Source: an uncultured Hormoscilla sp. (GTDB taxonomy: Bacteria; Cyanobacteriota; Cyanobacteriia; Cyanobacteriales; Desertifilaceae). From it: 64,000 nt of DNA. Location: positions 2,688,001-2,752,000 of the forward strand of contig OZ001293.3 in NCBI GenBank assembly GCA_963921275.4, given 5' to 3'. Below the pieces are notes generated by a model, which was not told the origin of the DNA, ran no database searches, and saw nothing but the letters and a program-made list of their open reading frames with translations. A program made the position numbers and the translations under genes. Of this stretch, positions 22,881 through 33,949 are shown one piece after another; position 1 is the first letter of the stretch; each line of letters opens with the position of its first letter.

Positions 22881-23179
22881 TACCCTCCCCTAATGTATCC
22901 AAACGGAGCCGAGTAGAGGGGCATTAGAGCGCGTGCTAAAGCCACATCCTCACCGTACCCTCCCTACCATATATATAACCTCGCCCATGCCGCTGGGGCG
23001 ACAACCGGCACCCCATCCCCCCAAAGGAGTTCCGAGTTCTCTGTTATCAAAATTGCCAAAAATATCAGATAACATCAACCTGTCATAGCGAGACATTCAT
23101 GTAATGATATCAAGATATAGTTCGCCATAGATAAGCGATCGCAATATACAATCAACCTATCAGCATTTACCATAATTCC

Positions 23180-25516
23180 ATGACAACCACCGTACCCTTC
23201 TCCCCCGAAGAAATAGCCGCCGAAGGACTCACATTATCAGAATACGAAGAAATAGTCAAGCGCTTGGGGCGTCATCCCAACAAAGCCGAACTAGGAATGT
23301 TCGGCGTTATGTGGTCGGAACATTGCTGCTACAAGAACTCCAGACCTCTACTCAAGCAGTTTCCCACCACAGGCGATCGGGTACTGGTCGGTCCCGGAGA
23401 AAACGCTGGCGTTGTAGACCTAGGGGACGGACTGCGACTGGCATTTAAGATAGAATCCCACAATCACCCCTCAGCCATAGAACCCTTTCAAGGAGCCGCC
23501 ACAGGCGTAGGCGGCATCCTCAGAGATATCTTTACAATGGGAGCACGCCCGATCGCCCTATTAAACTCCCTGCGCTTCGGTTCCCTAGCAGAGGCCAAAA
23601 CCCGCAGGCTATTCACAGGCGTGGTAGCGGGAATAGCCAGTTACGGTAATTCCGTAGGAGTACCCACAGTAGGGGGCGAAGTCTACTTCGATCCAGCTTA
23701 CTCCGACAATCTCCTGGTTAACGTCATGGCCTTGGGATTAATGGAAACCCCAGAAATAGTGAAATCTGGCGCATCTGGTATCGGCAACCCCGTACTCTAC
23801 GTCGGTTCCACCACCGGACGAGATGGCATGGGCGGTGCTAGCTTTGCCAGTGCCGAACTGACAGATAAATCAGCAGACGATCGCCCCGCCGTACAAGTAG
23901 GGGATCCATTTCTGGAAAAATCCCTCATCGAAGCCTGTCTGGAAGCCTATCATACCGGGGCCGTAGTTGCCGCCCAGGACATGGGAGCAGCTGGCATCAC
24001 CTGTTCCACCTCAGAAATGGCAGCCAAAGGCAATGTCGGCATCGAACTAGACTTAGATAAAATCCCCGTGCGCGAAACAGGCATGGTCCCCTATGAATAT
24101 CTGCTCTCAGAATCACAAGAACGGATGCTATTTGTCGCCCGCCAAGGCCGGGAACGAGAATTAATTGACATTTTCCATCGCTGGGGACTCCATGCCGTCG
24201 TTGCCGGCACAGTCATTTCCGAGCCCATAGTGAGAATTTTATTCCAAGGTGAGATCGCAGCAGAAGTCCCTACATCGGCCTTAGCAGACAATACCCCCAT
24301 TTACGAGCGATCGCTAATCAAAGAACCCCCAGAGTACGCGCAAGCAGCTTGGAAATGGTCGGCGAACAGTCTGCCAACACCAACAGATACCAGCATAGAA
24401 GTTAAGGGAAAGTTTCAGACCTGGAATGAAATTCTGCTCACCCTGCTCTCTACCAGCACCATAGCCTCAAAACGCTGGGTCTATCGCCAATACGACCATC
24501 AAGTGCAGAACAATACAGTCATTTTACCCGGTGGAGCCGATGCTGCTGTCATGCGATTGCGTCCTCAGAACTCCTCCGGAAGCGATTGGCAACGGGGAAT
24601 AGCCGCTACCGTAGATTGTAATAGTCGTTACGTCTATCTCGACCCCTATGAAGGAGCCAAAGCCGTAGTCGCCGAAGCCGCCAGAAACCTCAGCTGTGTC
24701 GGGGCCGAACCTCTAGCAGTCACGGATAATCTGAATTTCGGCAGTCCCGAAAAACCCGTCGGATACTGGCAGCTAGCAGAAGCCTGTCGCGGCATAGCCG
24801 CAGCCTGTCGCGAACTCTCTACCCCCGTGACTGGTGGGAACGTGTCTCTTTACAACGAAACTCTCGACGCCGACGGCAAACCCCAAGCAATTTATCCGAC
24901 TCCAGTTATCGGCATGGTGGGATTAATCCCCGATCTGACCCAGATTTGCGGTCAAGCTTGGCAAGCTGAGGGGGATTTAATTTATCTCCTGGGAGTGGCC
25001 GTACCCAACCAGATCATCAATTTGGGGGCTTCTGAGTACCTAGCAACCATTCATAATGTGGTTGCTGGCAAACCCCCTGCCATAAATTTTGACTTGGAAC
25101 TGCGAGTGCAAGCCGCTTGTCGCGAAGGCATTCATCAAGGTTGGGTAAAATCGGCCCACGATGCTGCTGAAGGCGGGATCGCGATCGCCCTAGCCGAGTC
25201 CTGCATCAGCGGACAGTTCGGGGCTAAAATTAACCTGGGCTTAAACAATTTACTGCCCGGATGGCGTTGGGACGAACTGCTCTTTGGCGAAGGCGGATCC
25301 CGCATCATCCTTTCAGTGCGGTCAGATGATGCTTCAATTTGGGAATCCTATTTAAGGGAGCAGCTAGGTTCTGATTGGCAAAAGCTAGGAGTAGTTACCG
25401 GTGCCGACCAGCCTTTACAGATTTTAACAGCAGATGGGGTTTGTGTAATCGACCTTAAGGTCAAAGACATGGGCGATCGCTACCACAACGCCATCTCACG
25501 CCAACTCCATCCCTAG
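23180..25516 (+). CDS. purL: Phosphoribosylformylglycinamidine synthase subunit PurL
   Basis: [40 protein letters not shown]. Confidence 0.98.
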   Translation: MTTTVPFSPEEIAAEGLTLSEYEEIVKRLGRHPNKAELGMFGVMWSEHCCYKNSRPLLKQFPTTGDRVLVGPGENAGVVDLGDGLRLAFKIESHNHPSAIEPFQGAATGVGGILRDIFTMGARPIALLNSLRFGSLAEAKTRRLFTGVVAGIASYGNSVGVPTVGGEVYFDPAYSDNLLVNVMALGLMETPEIVKSGASGIGNPVLYVGSTTGRDGMGGASFASAELTDKSADDRPAVQVGDPFLEKSLIEACLEAYHTGAVVAAQDMGAAGITCSTSEMAAKGNVGIELDLDKIPVRETGMVPYEYLLSESQERMLFVARQGRERELIDIFHRWGLHAVVAGTVISEPIVRILFQGEIAAEVPTSALADNTPIYERSLIKEPPEYAQAAWKWSANSLPTPTDTSIEVKGKFQTWNEILLTLLSTSTIASKRWVYRQYDHQVQNNTVILPGGADAAVMRLRPQNSSGSDWQRGIAATVDCNSRYVYLDPYEGAKAVVAEAARNLSCVGAEPLAVTDNLNFGSPEKPVGYWQLAEACRGIAAACRELSTPVTGGNVSLYNETLDADGKPQAIYPTPVIGMVGLIPDLTQICGQAWQAEGDLIYLLGVAVPNQIINLGASEYLATIHNVVAGKPPAINFDLELRVQAACREGIHQGWVKSAHDAAEGGIAIALAESCISGQFGAKINLGLNNLLPGWRWDELLFGEGGSRIILSVRSDDASIWESYLREQLGSDWQKLGVVTGADQPLQILTADGVCVIDLKVKDMGDRYHNAISRQLHP

Positions 25517-25703
25517 CCTTCCCCTTCTTCATCGGAATTTTACGCTACCCTGAAGAAGGGGATAGTTAAGAAAAGCTTAAAATTAGGATCTCAATTATCT
25601 TTCCCCGTTCGCGCAGCGACTGCCCTGCGATGCCTGGAGGGTAGTGCGAATAGCGCACCCTCCAGGCATCGAGTATCGCCCAATACCGGAGCAAAGTTGT
25701 AGA

Positions 25704-27209
25704 ATGATTGCCAACCATTCCCCCCACGCAGAAGCATCCGACCCTGAGAACAGTAGCGCGACTATAGTCGCGCACTTCGTATCAAACAAGGATAAACCAC
25801 AAGAAGCCTGTGGTGTTTTTGGCATCTACGCCCCAGAGGAAAAAGTTGCCAAACTCGCCTACTTCGGTCTGTATGCCCTACAGCACCGGGGCCAGGAGTC
25901 AGCAGGGATTGCCACCTTCTCGGGAGAAACAGTGCATATCCACAAACATATGGGGCTAGTGTCTCAGGTGTTTAACGAAACTATTCTTAGCCAACTGACT
26001 GGTAGTATAGCTGTAGGTCACGTCCGTTACTCCACCACAGGTTCTTCCCATCTTGCCAATGCCCAGCCAGTTGTAGTAGAAACTCGCTTGGGCTCCCTGA
26101 CGTTAGCACATAACGGGAATATTGTCAATACCAGAGAACTGCGCCAAAAGTTAGAACAGCGCAACTGTAACTTGCTCGCCACCACCGACTCAGAAATGAT
26201 TGCCCACGCGATCGCCTCAGAGGTCAACAGCGGCAAAGAATGGTTAGAAGGAGCTATCAGTGCCTTTGGCAGCTGCCAGGGAGCTTTTAGCTTAGTCATC
26301 GGCACCCCAGCGGGGTTAATGGGAGTGCGCGATCCCAACGGCATTCGTCCCCTGGTAATTGGCATCTTGGAAAATCATCCCCACCGCTACGTACTCGCCT
26401 CGGAAACCTGTGGTCTAGAGATCATTGGAGCCGAATATCTGCGGGATGTCGAACCCGGAGAATTAGTCTGGATTACAGAAGCTGGACTGGCCTCCTTCCA
26501 CTGGACTGGCAAGCCAGATCGAAAGCTCTGTATCTTTGAGATGATTTACTTTGGCCGTCCCGATAGCGTCATGGAAGGTGAAAGCCTCTATAGCTACCGG
26601 ATGCGACTGGGGTGTTATCTAGCCCAAGAAGCCCCTGCTGATGTAGATCTGGTCATCGGCGTTCCCGACTCGGGTATCCCAGCAGCCATTGGCTTTTCCC
26701 AAGAATCTGGCATTCCCTACGCCGAAGGTTTAATCAAAAATCGTTACGTAGGTCGTACCTTCATCCAGCCAACTCAGAAAATGCGGGAAACTGGCATCCG
26801 CATGAAGCTCAACCCCCTCAAAGATGTTCTGGCTGGAAAACGGATCGCGATCGTCGATGACTCGATCGTTCGGGGCAATACCAGTCGCCTCCTGGTCAAA
26901 GCCCTCCGAGAAGCTAGGGCCAAAGAAGTCCACATGCGAGTTTCATCGCCGCCAGTGACTCATCCCTGCTTTTATGGCATCGACACCGACTCTCAAGACC
27001 AGCTGATTGCTGCGACCAAGTCTACAGAACAGATCGAAAGGCAACTTGGCGTTGACTCCCTAGCTTATCTCAACTGGAAAGGAATGCTCAAAGCCACAGG
27101 AGAAGACCCGAATAGCTTCTGTTCTGCCTGCTTCACCGGAGATTACCCGATTACCATACCAGAACCCCTCAAACAGTCCAAGTTAATGCTGGAGACCGTT
27201 AGCCGTTAA
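25704..27209 (+). CDS. purF: Amidophosphoribosyltransferase
   Basis: EACGVFG, LQHRGQESAG, GHVRYST, VDDSIVRG, FYGID; start placed at ATG 25704. Confidence 0.96.
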   Translation: MIANHSPHAEASDPENSSATIVAHFVSNKDKPQEACGVFGIYAPEEKVAKLAYFGLYALQHRGQESAGIATFSGETVHIHKHMGLVSQVFNETILSQLTGSIAVGHVRYSTTGSSHLANAQPVVVETRLGSLTLAHNGNIVNTRELRQKLEQRNCNLLATTDSEMIAHAIASEVNSGKEWLEGAISAFGSCQGAFSLVIGTPAGLMGVRDPNGIRPLVIGILENHPHRYVLASETCGLEIIGAEYLRDVEPGELVWITEAGLASFHWTGKPDRKLCIFEMIYFGRPDSVMEGESLYSYRMRLGCYLAQEAPADVDLVIGVPDSGIPAAIGFSQESGIPYAEGLIKNRYVGRTFIQPTQKMRETGIRMKLNPLKDVLAGKRIAIVDDSIVRGNTSRLLVKALREARAKEVHMRVSSPPVTHPCFYGIDTDSQDQLIAATKSTEQIERQLGVDSLAYLNWKGMLKATGEDPNSFCSACFTGDYPITIPEPLKQSKLMLETVSR

Positions 27210-27864
27210 TATCTAGCTGCATCGGACCGAGGTACTTGCTCAAGTAAGGGGAAAAAACCTCATAAATTAGAGTGAGGGGGCGTCCATGATGCCAAAACAG
27301 GTAGTGACGCCCCCAAAACGGTCCTCGCTGTCCAAAAGCACAGTCTAAGGCCGGTTCCTGACCATAGTAAATTCCTTGAACATCTCGATATAACTCGGTC
27401 CGCAGGCGAGCCAGACTTGCCCAAATAGGCAAAGATCGATTCTGCAAATACTCATCTACATGGCTGGCTTCCCACCAAGAAGTAGCATAGGCCAACCGCT
27501 GTCCAGAAGCGGTTCGCAGCCACACTTGACGCCGAAGTCGTGGCCCGGGAACTCTGTGAATTTGCACGGGAGCACCATCTGCATCCATACCAATATGAGA
27601 CATATCGATCACGTCCACCTCAGTTGGTTCGCCCGTGAGCAGTTGCAGGTGGCGTGTCGGGGAACCATCTCCCAGCAGCAGCATTTGCCATGCCGGTGCT
27701 AGCTGGCTATGAGGCAATCCTTGCTGAACGATTTCCTCTCCCCCCTGCCAAAGGGGTGTCAGAGCATGCCATGGGGTGGTTCGATGTCCCTCGGGAGCGC
27801 TAAAAGCACTACCCGAGGGACATCGAAGCGTGACTTGATTGCTGGGTCTAATAATGAAGTACAA
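27199..27864 (-). CDS. ubiC: Chorismate lyase (DUF98/Ycf21 type)
   Basis: LLLGDGSPTRHL, RRQVWLR, LAYATSWW, IYEVFSP; in-frame hairpin element near the N-terminus. Confidence 0.88.
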   Translation of the reverse strand: MYFIIRPSNQVTLRCPSGSAFSAPEGHRTTPWHALTPLWQGGEEIVQQGLPHSQLAPAWQMLLLGDGSPTRHLQLLTGEPTEVDVIDMSHIGMDADGAPVQIHRVPGPRLRRQVWLRTASGQRLAYATSWWEASHVDEYLQNRSLPIWASLARLRTELYRDVQGIYYGQEPALDCAFGQRGPFWGRHYLFWHHGRPLTLIYEVFSPYLSKYLGPMQLDING

Positions 27865-28017
27865 GAGTTCTTTACATAACTTTACCTTCTATTTCATGAT
27901 AACAATCTTGGCTAATTCACTTTGCTGATCAGAATATATTTGGGCTGCACTCGATCTGCACCAGAGCCACCTCTGACCAAAAAGACAGAGGTCACTACTC
28001 CTGGGCCAATTAAAAAA

Positions 28018-28099
28018 TGCGGATGGCGAGACTCGAACTCGCAAGGCTTGCGCCACACGCCCCTCAAACGTGCGCGTATACCAATTCCGCCACATCCGC
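28018..28099 (-). tRNA. tRNA-Leu(GAG)
   Basis: GCGGATGTGGCGGAATTGGTATACGCGCACGTTTGAGGGGCGTG...GTTCGAGTCTCGCCATCCGCA; cloverleaf with long variable arm. Confidence 0.96.
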
Positions 28100-28230
28100 T
28101 TGATGTCCCTTGATAGGCATTAGAAACTAGAATATCATGCCTGTCAAGGGATTAAGGGGGAGATAACTAATCTGACTCCCATCTGCGAGATCGAGGGTAA
28201 TCAGTCTATTATACTCTCTACAAGCATAAT

Positions 28231-29101
28231 GGATGGGGTCGAGCCGGGAATCGCTTCCCGACCCTCCCTTTCGGAACCGGACTTGCGATTTTCACCGCAT
28301 CCGGCTACTGGGTACTAGGCCCTTTTCATAGGTAGACTTAATAGGAATTACTTCCGTTAGCCCTTGCCGCCTGTCTTTTCTTCCCTTTCCTGGTTTAGCG
28401 AGTGGTTGTTCTGATAACCGTTAGTATCACCATTTTCAAGTCAGTTTTACCAGTTATCCATACCTTATCCTCCACTTGCGTTTCGGATTAGTTCCGTGGC
28501 TTTTTAGGATTACTCATTCCAGCAGCTTCCTAGTATCACCGACCCACGTCAGCGCTGGCTACCCAGCATCATCTACATTACTGTAGATGTTATCCCAGGA
28601 ATTACCCCGGGCATTCGCTTCTTGGGCCATCCCTCCCCCCGTGGCTTGCGCTTAACATCTAACTTGTCCTGATGGACAGCACACGAGAGGTTACTTCGTT
28701 CCCTAACAACATTTCGCGATACCTTTAGGTCCACACTATACCCCGGGAGCTATTTGAGTACTATATTAGCCAGAGTCTAAAACTAATACTAGCTACCATT
28801 TCCTTTTTAGGCCAGCGCATATAGCCTTATTTCGCTGGTTCCTTATAACGAGGCTTGCACATGTTTGCCTGCTCTAACCTTGGATATCTTTCCTAGCGGC
28901 GTCACCGGCTTAGGCTGCCAGTTATCCTACATTTGAGTCCTCGCTTAGCACCACGATGATGTCGCTTCGTAGCACCGAGGACCGGTGTCACCCCCGTACC
29001 TGGGGGGAGGGGAATTTAACCCCCATGCGGTCAGAGTTCCCGGCTAATGAAACCGGGCTAGCGTTCCGTGTTTGACCACGTTAGGCTAGAACGAATCGCA
29101 C
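28231..29101 (-). mobile_element. ORF-less group II intron (copy 1)
   Basis: 5' GTGCGATTCGTT; DV GTAGCCGGATGCGGTGAAAATCGCAAGTCCGGTTC; DVI; EBS1 AGACT complementary to the 5' flank. Confidence 0.9.
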
Positions 29102-29255
29102 AGACTGATTAAGAGTAAGTCAAGTTATCTTTTACTTGACCGCTTACCAGGAGAGATACCCTGCCAGAGCGTTCGTCTCCTGATTATAGATCGCGATCTT
29201 CCTTCTTGTCCTCTCAAGCTTCTATGCTAACAGATACAGCGCCAAAAGCCCAAAG

Positions 29256-30599
29256 ATGTGTTTTGACAAAGTTCTGATTGCCAACCGAGGAGAAATAGCC
29301 CTCCGCATTCTCCGCAGCTGCGCAGAAATGGGGATTTCCACTGTTGCGGTGTATTCTACGATCGACCAGCACGCCCTTCACGTGCAGCTGGCAGACGAAG
29401 CGGTTTGTATCGGTGAACCTCCGAGCAGCAAAAGTTATCTGAATATTCCCAATATCATTGCCGCCGCCCTGACAACAAATGCTACGGCCATTCATCCGGG
29501 CTACGGCTTTTTAGCAGAAAATGCCAAATTTGCAGAAATTTGTGCCGCTCACCAAATTGCTTTCATTGGTCCAACTGCTACAGCTATCCGGGCGATGGGA
29601 GATAAATCCACCGCTAAGGAAACCATGCAACGAGCCTCTGTACCAACCGTTCCTGGCAGTGAGGGACTGGTGGCAGATGAAACAGCCGCCCTTGCTATCG
29701 CCCAGGAGATTGGCTATCCGGTCATGATTAAAGCTACAGCCGGTGGCGGTGGACGAGGGATGCGCCTGGTGCGGTCTGAAAGTGAACTGGTTAAACTCTG
29801 GCAAGCGGCCCAGGGAGAAGCGGAAGCGGCCTTCGGTAATGCTGGGGTCTATATAGAAAAATTTATCGAGAGCCCCCGCCACATCGAATTTCAAATTCTG
29901 GCCGACAACAATGGGAATGTCATCCACCTGGGAGAACGAGATTGTTCCATCCAGCGGCGTCATCAGAAGCTGTTGGAAGAAGCCCCCAGTCCCGCCCTCA
30001 CCCCAGAACTGCGCTCGAAAATGGGTCAGGCGGCGGCGATCTCGGCCCAGTCCATCAACTACACTGGGGCAGGCACCGTAGAATTTCTCCTGGACAAAAA
30101 TGGCCATTTTTACTTCATGGAGATGAACACCCGCATTCAAGTCGAGCATCCGGTTACGGAAATGATTTGCTCTCTTGATTTGATTGCCGAACAAATCCGG
30201 ATTGCCTCGGGAGAGAACCTACCCCTAACCCAAGAGGAAGTGGTTTTGCGGGGTCATGCGATCGAATGTCGGATCAATGCCGAAGACCCCGATCTCAACT
30301 TCCGTCCCCATCCCGGGCGAATTAGTGGTTATCTGCCTCCCGGTGGCCCCGGCGTCCGCATGGATTCTCACGTCTACACAGATTATGAAATCCCACCGTA
30401 CTATGATTCCTTAATCGGCAAATTAATTGTCTGGGGACATGACCGGTCGGCTGCGATTAAACGGATGAAACGGGCCTTGCGAGAATGTGCCATTACTGGT
30501 ATACCAACCACGATTGCTTTCCATCAAAAGATTCTGGAGACATCAGCATTCAAAGAAGGTGAGGTCTACACCAATTTTGTCGAACAGCACTTCGGCTAG
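29256..30599 (+). CDS. accC: Acetyl-CoA carboxylase biotin carboxylase subunit
   Basis: [41 protein letters not shown]. Confidence 0.98.
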   Translation: MCFDKVLIANRGEIALRILRSCAEMGISTVAVYSTIDQHALHVQLADEAVCIGEPPSSKSYLNIPNIIAAALTTNATAIHPGYGFLAENAKFAEICAAHQIAFIGPTATAIRAMGDKSTAKETMQRASVPTVPGSEGLVADETAALAIAQEIGYPVMIKATAGGGGRGMRLVRSESELVKLWQAAQGEAEAAFGNAGVYIEKFIESPRHIEFQILADNNGNVIHLGERDCSIQRRHQKLLEEAPSPALTPELRSKMGQAAAISAQSINYTGAGTVEFLLDKNGHFYFMEMNTRIQVEHPVTEMICSLDLIAEQIRIASGENLPLTQEEVVLRGHAIECRINAEDPDLNFRPHPGRISGYLPPGGPGVRMDSHVYTDYEIPPYYDSLIGKLIVWGHDRSAAIKRMKRALRECAITGIPTTIAFHQKILETSAFKEGEVYTNFVEQHFG

Positions 30600-30877
30600 T
30601 GCATCATGGTTATTAATCCCTGCTGACCGAGGAGAATTTCTCCCATGAGGGTGAGGATCGCCACCCAAATAATCGGGGTAATGTCTACGCCACCCAAAGG
30701 AGGCACGATTTGGCGCAACGGCACTAACAAGGGTTCCGTAGGCCAAGCAATCAGATTAAAGGGCAAACGATTCAGATTCACCTGAGGATACCAGGTCAGG
30801 ACGATCCGGAAGATGAAGGCAAAGATCATCAGTCCCAGGACTGGACCGAGGACAAGGCTAGCAATGCTCGCAAACAT
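30596..30877 (-). CDS. YggT family membrane protein
   Basis: [25 protein letters not shown]. Confidence 0.92.
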   Translation of the reverse strand: MFASIASLVLGPVLGLMIFAFIFRIVLTWYPQVNLNRLPFNLIAWPTEPLLVPLRQIVPPLGGVDITPIIWVAILTLMGEILLGQQGLITMMH

Positions 30878-30987
30878 GGGTCAATATATGATTGTCAGAT
30901 ATAATCGGGAGTCAAGAAACTGTTCAATATTGTGACAGATGGTTTAAATTAAGATTTAAGCAATTCTAGTGACAGAGGGTGAGGATT

Positions 30988-31107
30988 ATGACTCCTTCGT
31001 TGACAAATTTTTTTTTGAGCCTATTATTGGGGGGCGTGATTGTGGTCATTCCCGTAACGGTGTCGCTGATATTTATCAGCCAAAAGGATAAGATTATTCG
31101 GTCCTAG
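30988..31107 (+). CDS. psbX: Photosystem II protein PsbX (39 aa, not in the ORF track)
   Basis: [46 protein letters not shown]; conserved yggT-psbX-ycf66 order. Confidence 0.93.
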   Translation: MTPSLTNFFLSLLLGGVIVVIPVTVSLIFISQKDKIIRS

Positions 31108-31293
31108 ACCAATAGGCACTGAATAACCTTCCTCGTGGGGTCTCGACAGCTGTAGAGATCTGATAGACTGAGGTGGACAAGCGGTAGCTCGGGGTAGTAA
31201 ACTAACGGCAGAACCCGGGAGTTTACTACCCCCGCTGTCAAGTGAGAAGAGACCCAACTGCCACAAAGATAAAACAGGCTGAGGAGAAATGGA

Positions 31294-32160
31294 ATGGTAA
31301 ACATTGGACTGAATCCAGGTGCTATGCTGGGCATTGTCCTGTTTGGGGCAGGGGCTGGGTTATATTTTATGCGATCGGTCCGTCCCGAGTTAGCCCGCGA
31401 TCACGATATATTCTTTATGGCAGTGGCTATACTCAGTGGCGGCATTCTGTTTTTTCAAGGATGGCGGCTGGATCCGATCCTGACTTTCGGTCAGTTCCTG
31501 CTGACGGGATCGGCGATTTTTTTTGCGGTCGAAAGCATTCGTCTGAGAGGGTTAGCTACTTCACAAGCTAAGCGGAATACGCCAATTGTGGATTACGATC
31601 GACCTGTAAGCCGTGTTTATGAGGCGGAACTAGATGACTTTGAACTAGAAGACGATCCGCAGATGACCCGTAGGATGATCGGAACTAGGGAAGGCAGGAA
31701 TACCGGTGTGGACGAATACGATGACGATCTGCCTAGATCGAGCACAACTAGACGTTCGACTTCGAGGTCTCTCGGGAGCGCTACTCGCACTACCCGAGAG
31801 ACCTCGACTCGTACTAGACCAGGTGGTGGTTCAACGGCCAGACGGAGTACTTCGATGTCCGACGGGCGCGCTACTCGCACTACCGGTCGGACATCGACGC
31901 GGCGTCCGCGTCCGACCACAGACCGGAGAATTAGGGATGCTGATGATTGGGAAACACCGAAAGATACTTACGGACGAAGCAGTGAAAATGACTCGCCTAG
32001 GCGCGATCGCCCGACAGCTTCTGCCAAGGGATCGAGAAGAAGTCGTCCCCCCAGATCTTATGATGCTCAAGAGCAAACAAACTATGTTGATTTCCAACCT
32101 GTAGAGAAAAGATCGTCGGACGACGAGGATGATGATAATTCAAGTGGTTTTGACTACTAA
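31294..32160 (+). CDS. ycf66: Ycf66 family protein with two in-frame hairpin insertions
   Basis: RPELARDHDIFF, FQGWRLDPILTFGQ, ESIRLRG. Confidence 0.93.
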   Translation: MVNIGLNPGAMLGIVLFGAGAGLYFMRSVRPELARDHDIFFMAVAILSGGILFFQGWRLDPILTFGQFLLTGSAIFFAVESIRLRGLATSQAKRNTPIVDYDRPVSRVYEAELDDFELEDDPQMTRRMIGTREGRNTGVDEYDDDLPRSSTTRRSTSRSLGSATRTTRETSTRTRPGGGSTARRSTSMSDGRATRTTGRTSTRRPRPTTDRRIRDADDWETPKDTYGRSSENDSPRRDRPTASAKGSRRSRPPRSYDAQEQTNYVDFQPVEKRSSDDEDDDNSSGFDY

Positions 32161-32274
32161 CAGGCGAGACGTATGTAGTGCCTAATGGGTTGACAGAGTA
32201 TTGGGTATATGGTATATTACAATGCTCCCATAAGTTGTGCTCACTGACAACTGACAACTGACAGGAGATAGGCT

Positions 32275-32820
32275 TTGGGAAAACTTTGGTTGCTGAGGTT
32301 AGCCATTCCTTTGAGTATGTCGGGTTTAGTTGTAGCCTGCTCTCAGGTGAAGGGACCGATACTGTCGATGGAACTCAATAGCCGCTACACGGATGAACAA
32401 CCGGCTTTGAGCGGAAATGGTCGATTTGTGGCCTTTGTTTCTAACCGCGATGGTAAGCGTCAGATTCTGGTTTACGATTTGCAGCAGCGCCGGTTTTTAG
32501 AGTTGCCGAGATTGAACTGGCGAGATGCGATCGCGGAATCTCCCAGCCTCAGCTATAATGCCCGCTATCTGGTCTACGTTGCTAGTGACCGAGGCAGACC
32601 GGAGGTGGGACTTTACGATCGGGTGACGGGAACGACAGATATTTTGACAATGGGTTATCGGGGCTGGGTGAGAAATCCGAGTATTAGTCCGGATGGTAGA
32701 TTTATTGTTTTTGAAACCGATCGTCGCGGTCAGTGGGATATTGAGGTGCTCGATCGGGGTCCATTAGTTGAGTTAGATATCCCAGATGGTCCCCTAGGCA
32801 ACTATGACTTGGCGGATTGA
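32275..32820 (+). CDS. TolB-like (PD40 repeat) lipoprotein
   Basis: LVVAC lipobox-like, PALSGNGRFVAFVS, PSISPDGRFIVF. Confidence 0.88.
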   Translation: MGKLWLLRLAIPLSMSGLVVACSQVKGPILSMELNSRYTDEQPALSGNGRFVAFVSNRDGKRQILVYDLQQRRFLELPRLNWRDAIAESPSLSYNARYLVYVASDRGRPEVGLYDRVTGTTDILTMGYRGWVRNPSISPDGRFIVFETDRRGQWDIEVLDRGPLVELDIPDGPLGNYDLAD

Positions 32821-33001
32821 ATATGGTAAAGAAGATATCCGGACAGAACCTTTCGATGTCTCTGCGGTGTCTTCGGGGTTTTTGCCATGCATCCCGAAGA
32901 CATCGAAGAGCTCTTGTCCCAGGGGACATGGCTGCGCTCCCGCAAGGGATACGGCACACAGGAGACATCGCTGATTAGTTTTGTTGACTAACAGAAGAAA
33001 A

Positions 33002-33529
33002 GTGAAACGCTTTGTTTTTATGTCAGCTGTTGCTGTTGCCAGTTTGTCGAGCAGCTGCATGGGCTACCCGCGTTTGCTGAATCAGCCCTTTGACCGAGGT
33101 GGGTGGAGTTTGAACAGTCCTGCAGCGGAGGAAAATCCTCAAATTACCGGTCGCTACATAGTCTTTACTTCCGATCGCCGCTTTAGCCAGGATGTCTATC
33201 TTTATGACATGATAGACAGGCGGATGATAGAACTGCCGAGATTGAATTCTTTAGAGGCGATCTCCTCCCACCCGAGTGTCTCTACAGATGGTCGTTATAT
33301 TACATTTGCTGCCAGTCGTCAGGGACGTTCTGATATTTACCTTTACGACAGGTCAATGGCCCTGCTACGTAACCTCACCAGCAATCTCAAGACAGAAGTG
33401 CGCAACCCTACGATCAGTGCCGATGGCACCACTATTGCTTTTGAGGCGAATGCTAATGGTCAGTGGGATATTTTTGTTTATGACCGGTCTGGACGCCCGG
33501 TCAACAACATATGGGGCAATATACCTTAA
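33002..33529 (+). CDS. TolB-like (PD40 repeat) lipoprotein, paralog
   Basis: LSSSC, PSVSTDGRYITF, PTISADG; start at GTG 33002 inferred. Confidence 0.85.
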   Translation: MKRFVFMSAVAVASLSSSCMGYPRLLNQPFDRGGWSLNSPAAEENPQITGRYIVFTSDRRFSQDVYLYDMIDRRMIELPRLNSLEAISSHPSVSTDGRYITFAASRQGRSDIYLYDRSMALLRNLTSNLKTEVRNPTISADGTTIAFEANANGQWDIFVYDRSGRPVNNIWGNIP

Positions 33530-33949
33530 TAGCCTAGAGCGTTGGTCAAGTAATAATAGTTGACAAACGGAGCTTTTTATGTATATAGCAACTAGCACGG
33601 GAATTTTTATAACAACTGAAATTATTACCCTGTATAGTTTTTTACCGAAGCCAACAGGATAGAATTATCACAAATGATTTATACCCCGTTGGTACAACAT
33701 TTATAAAGTGAGCTGCTCAGTTCAATAGGGGATTGGTTGTTTTTCGGTGTTTTTCGGTCTTCTCTAAAGAAATAAAAAAAGTCACCACAAGGCCTCGGGA
33801 AGTTGAGTCAACTTCCCGGCGCTCGACTCACGTAAGGATTAGATAAATTTCATCTATCTAGCTATGGGAGTATTCCGCGCGGAGTTGGCAAGTGGCGCCA
33901 CCATAGCTAGGGGACAATATGCATGGCTGCGCCCCCAGCGCAGCGCGAT

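Noticed and set aside
25644..25703. Longer purF N-terminus from the ORF track
   Set aside because: The GTG start lies inside the 25628-25671 hairpin element; ATG 25704 is more plausible
27889..28113. ORFs on both strands
   Set aside because: They overlap tRNA-Leu
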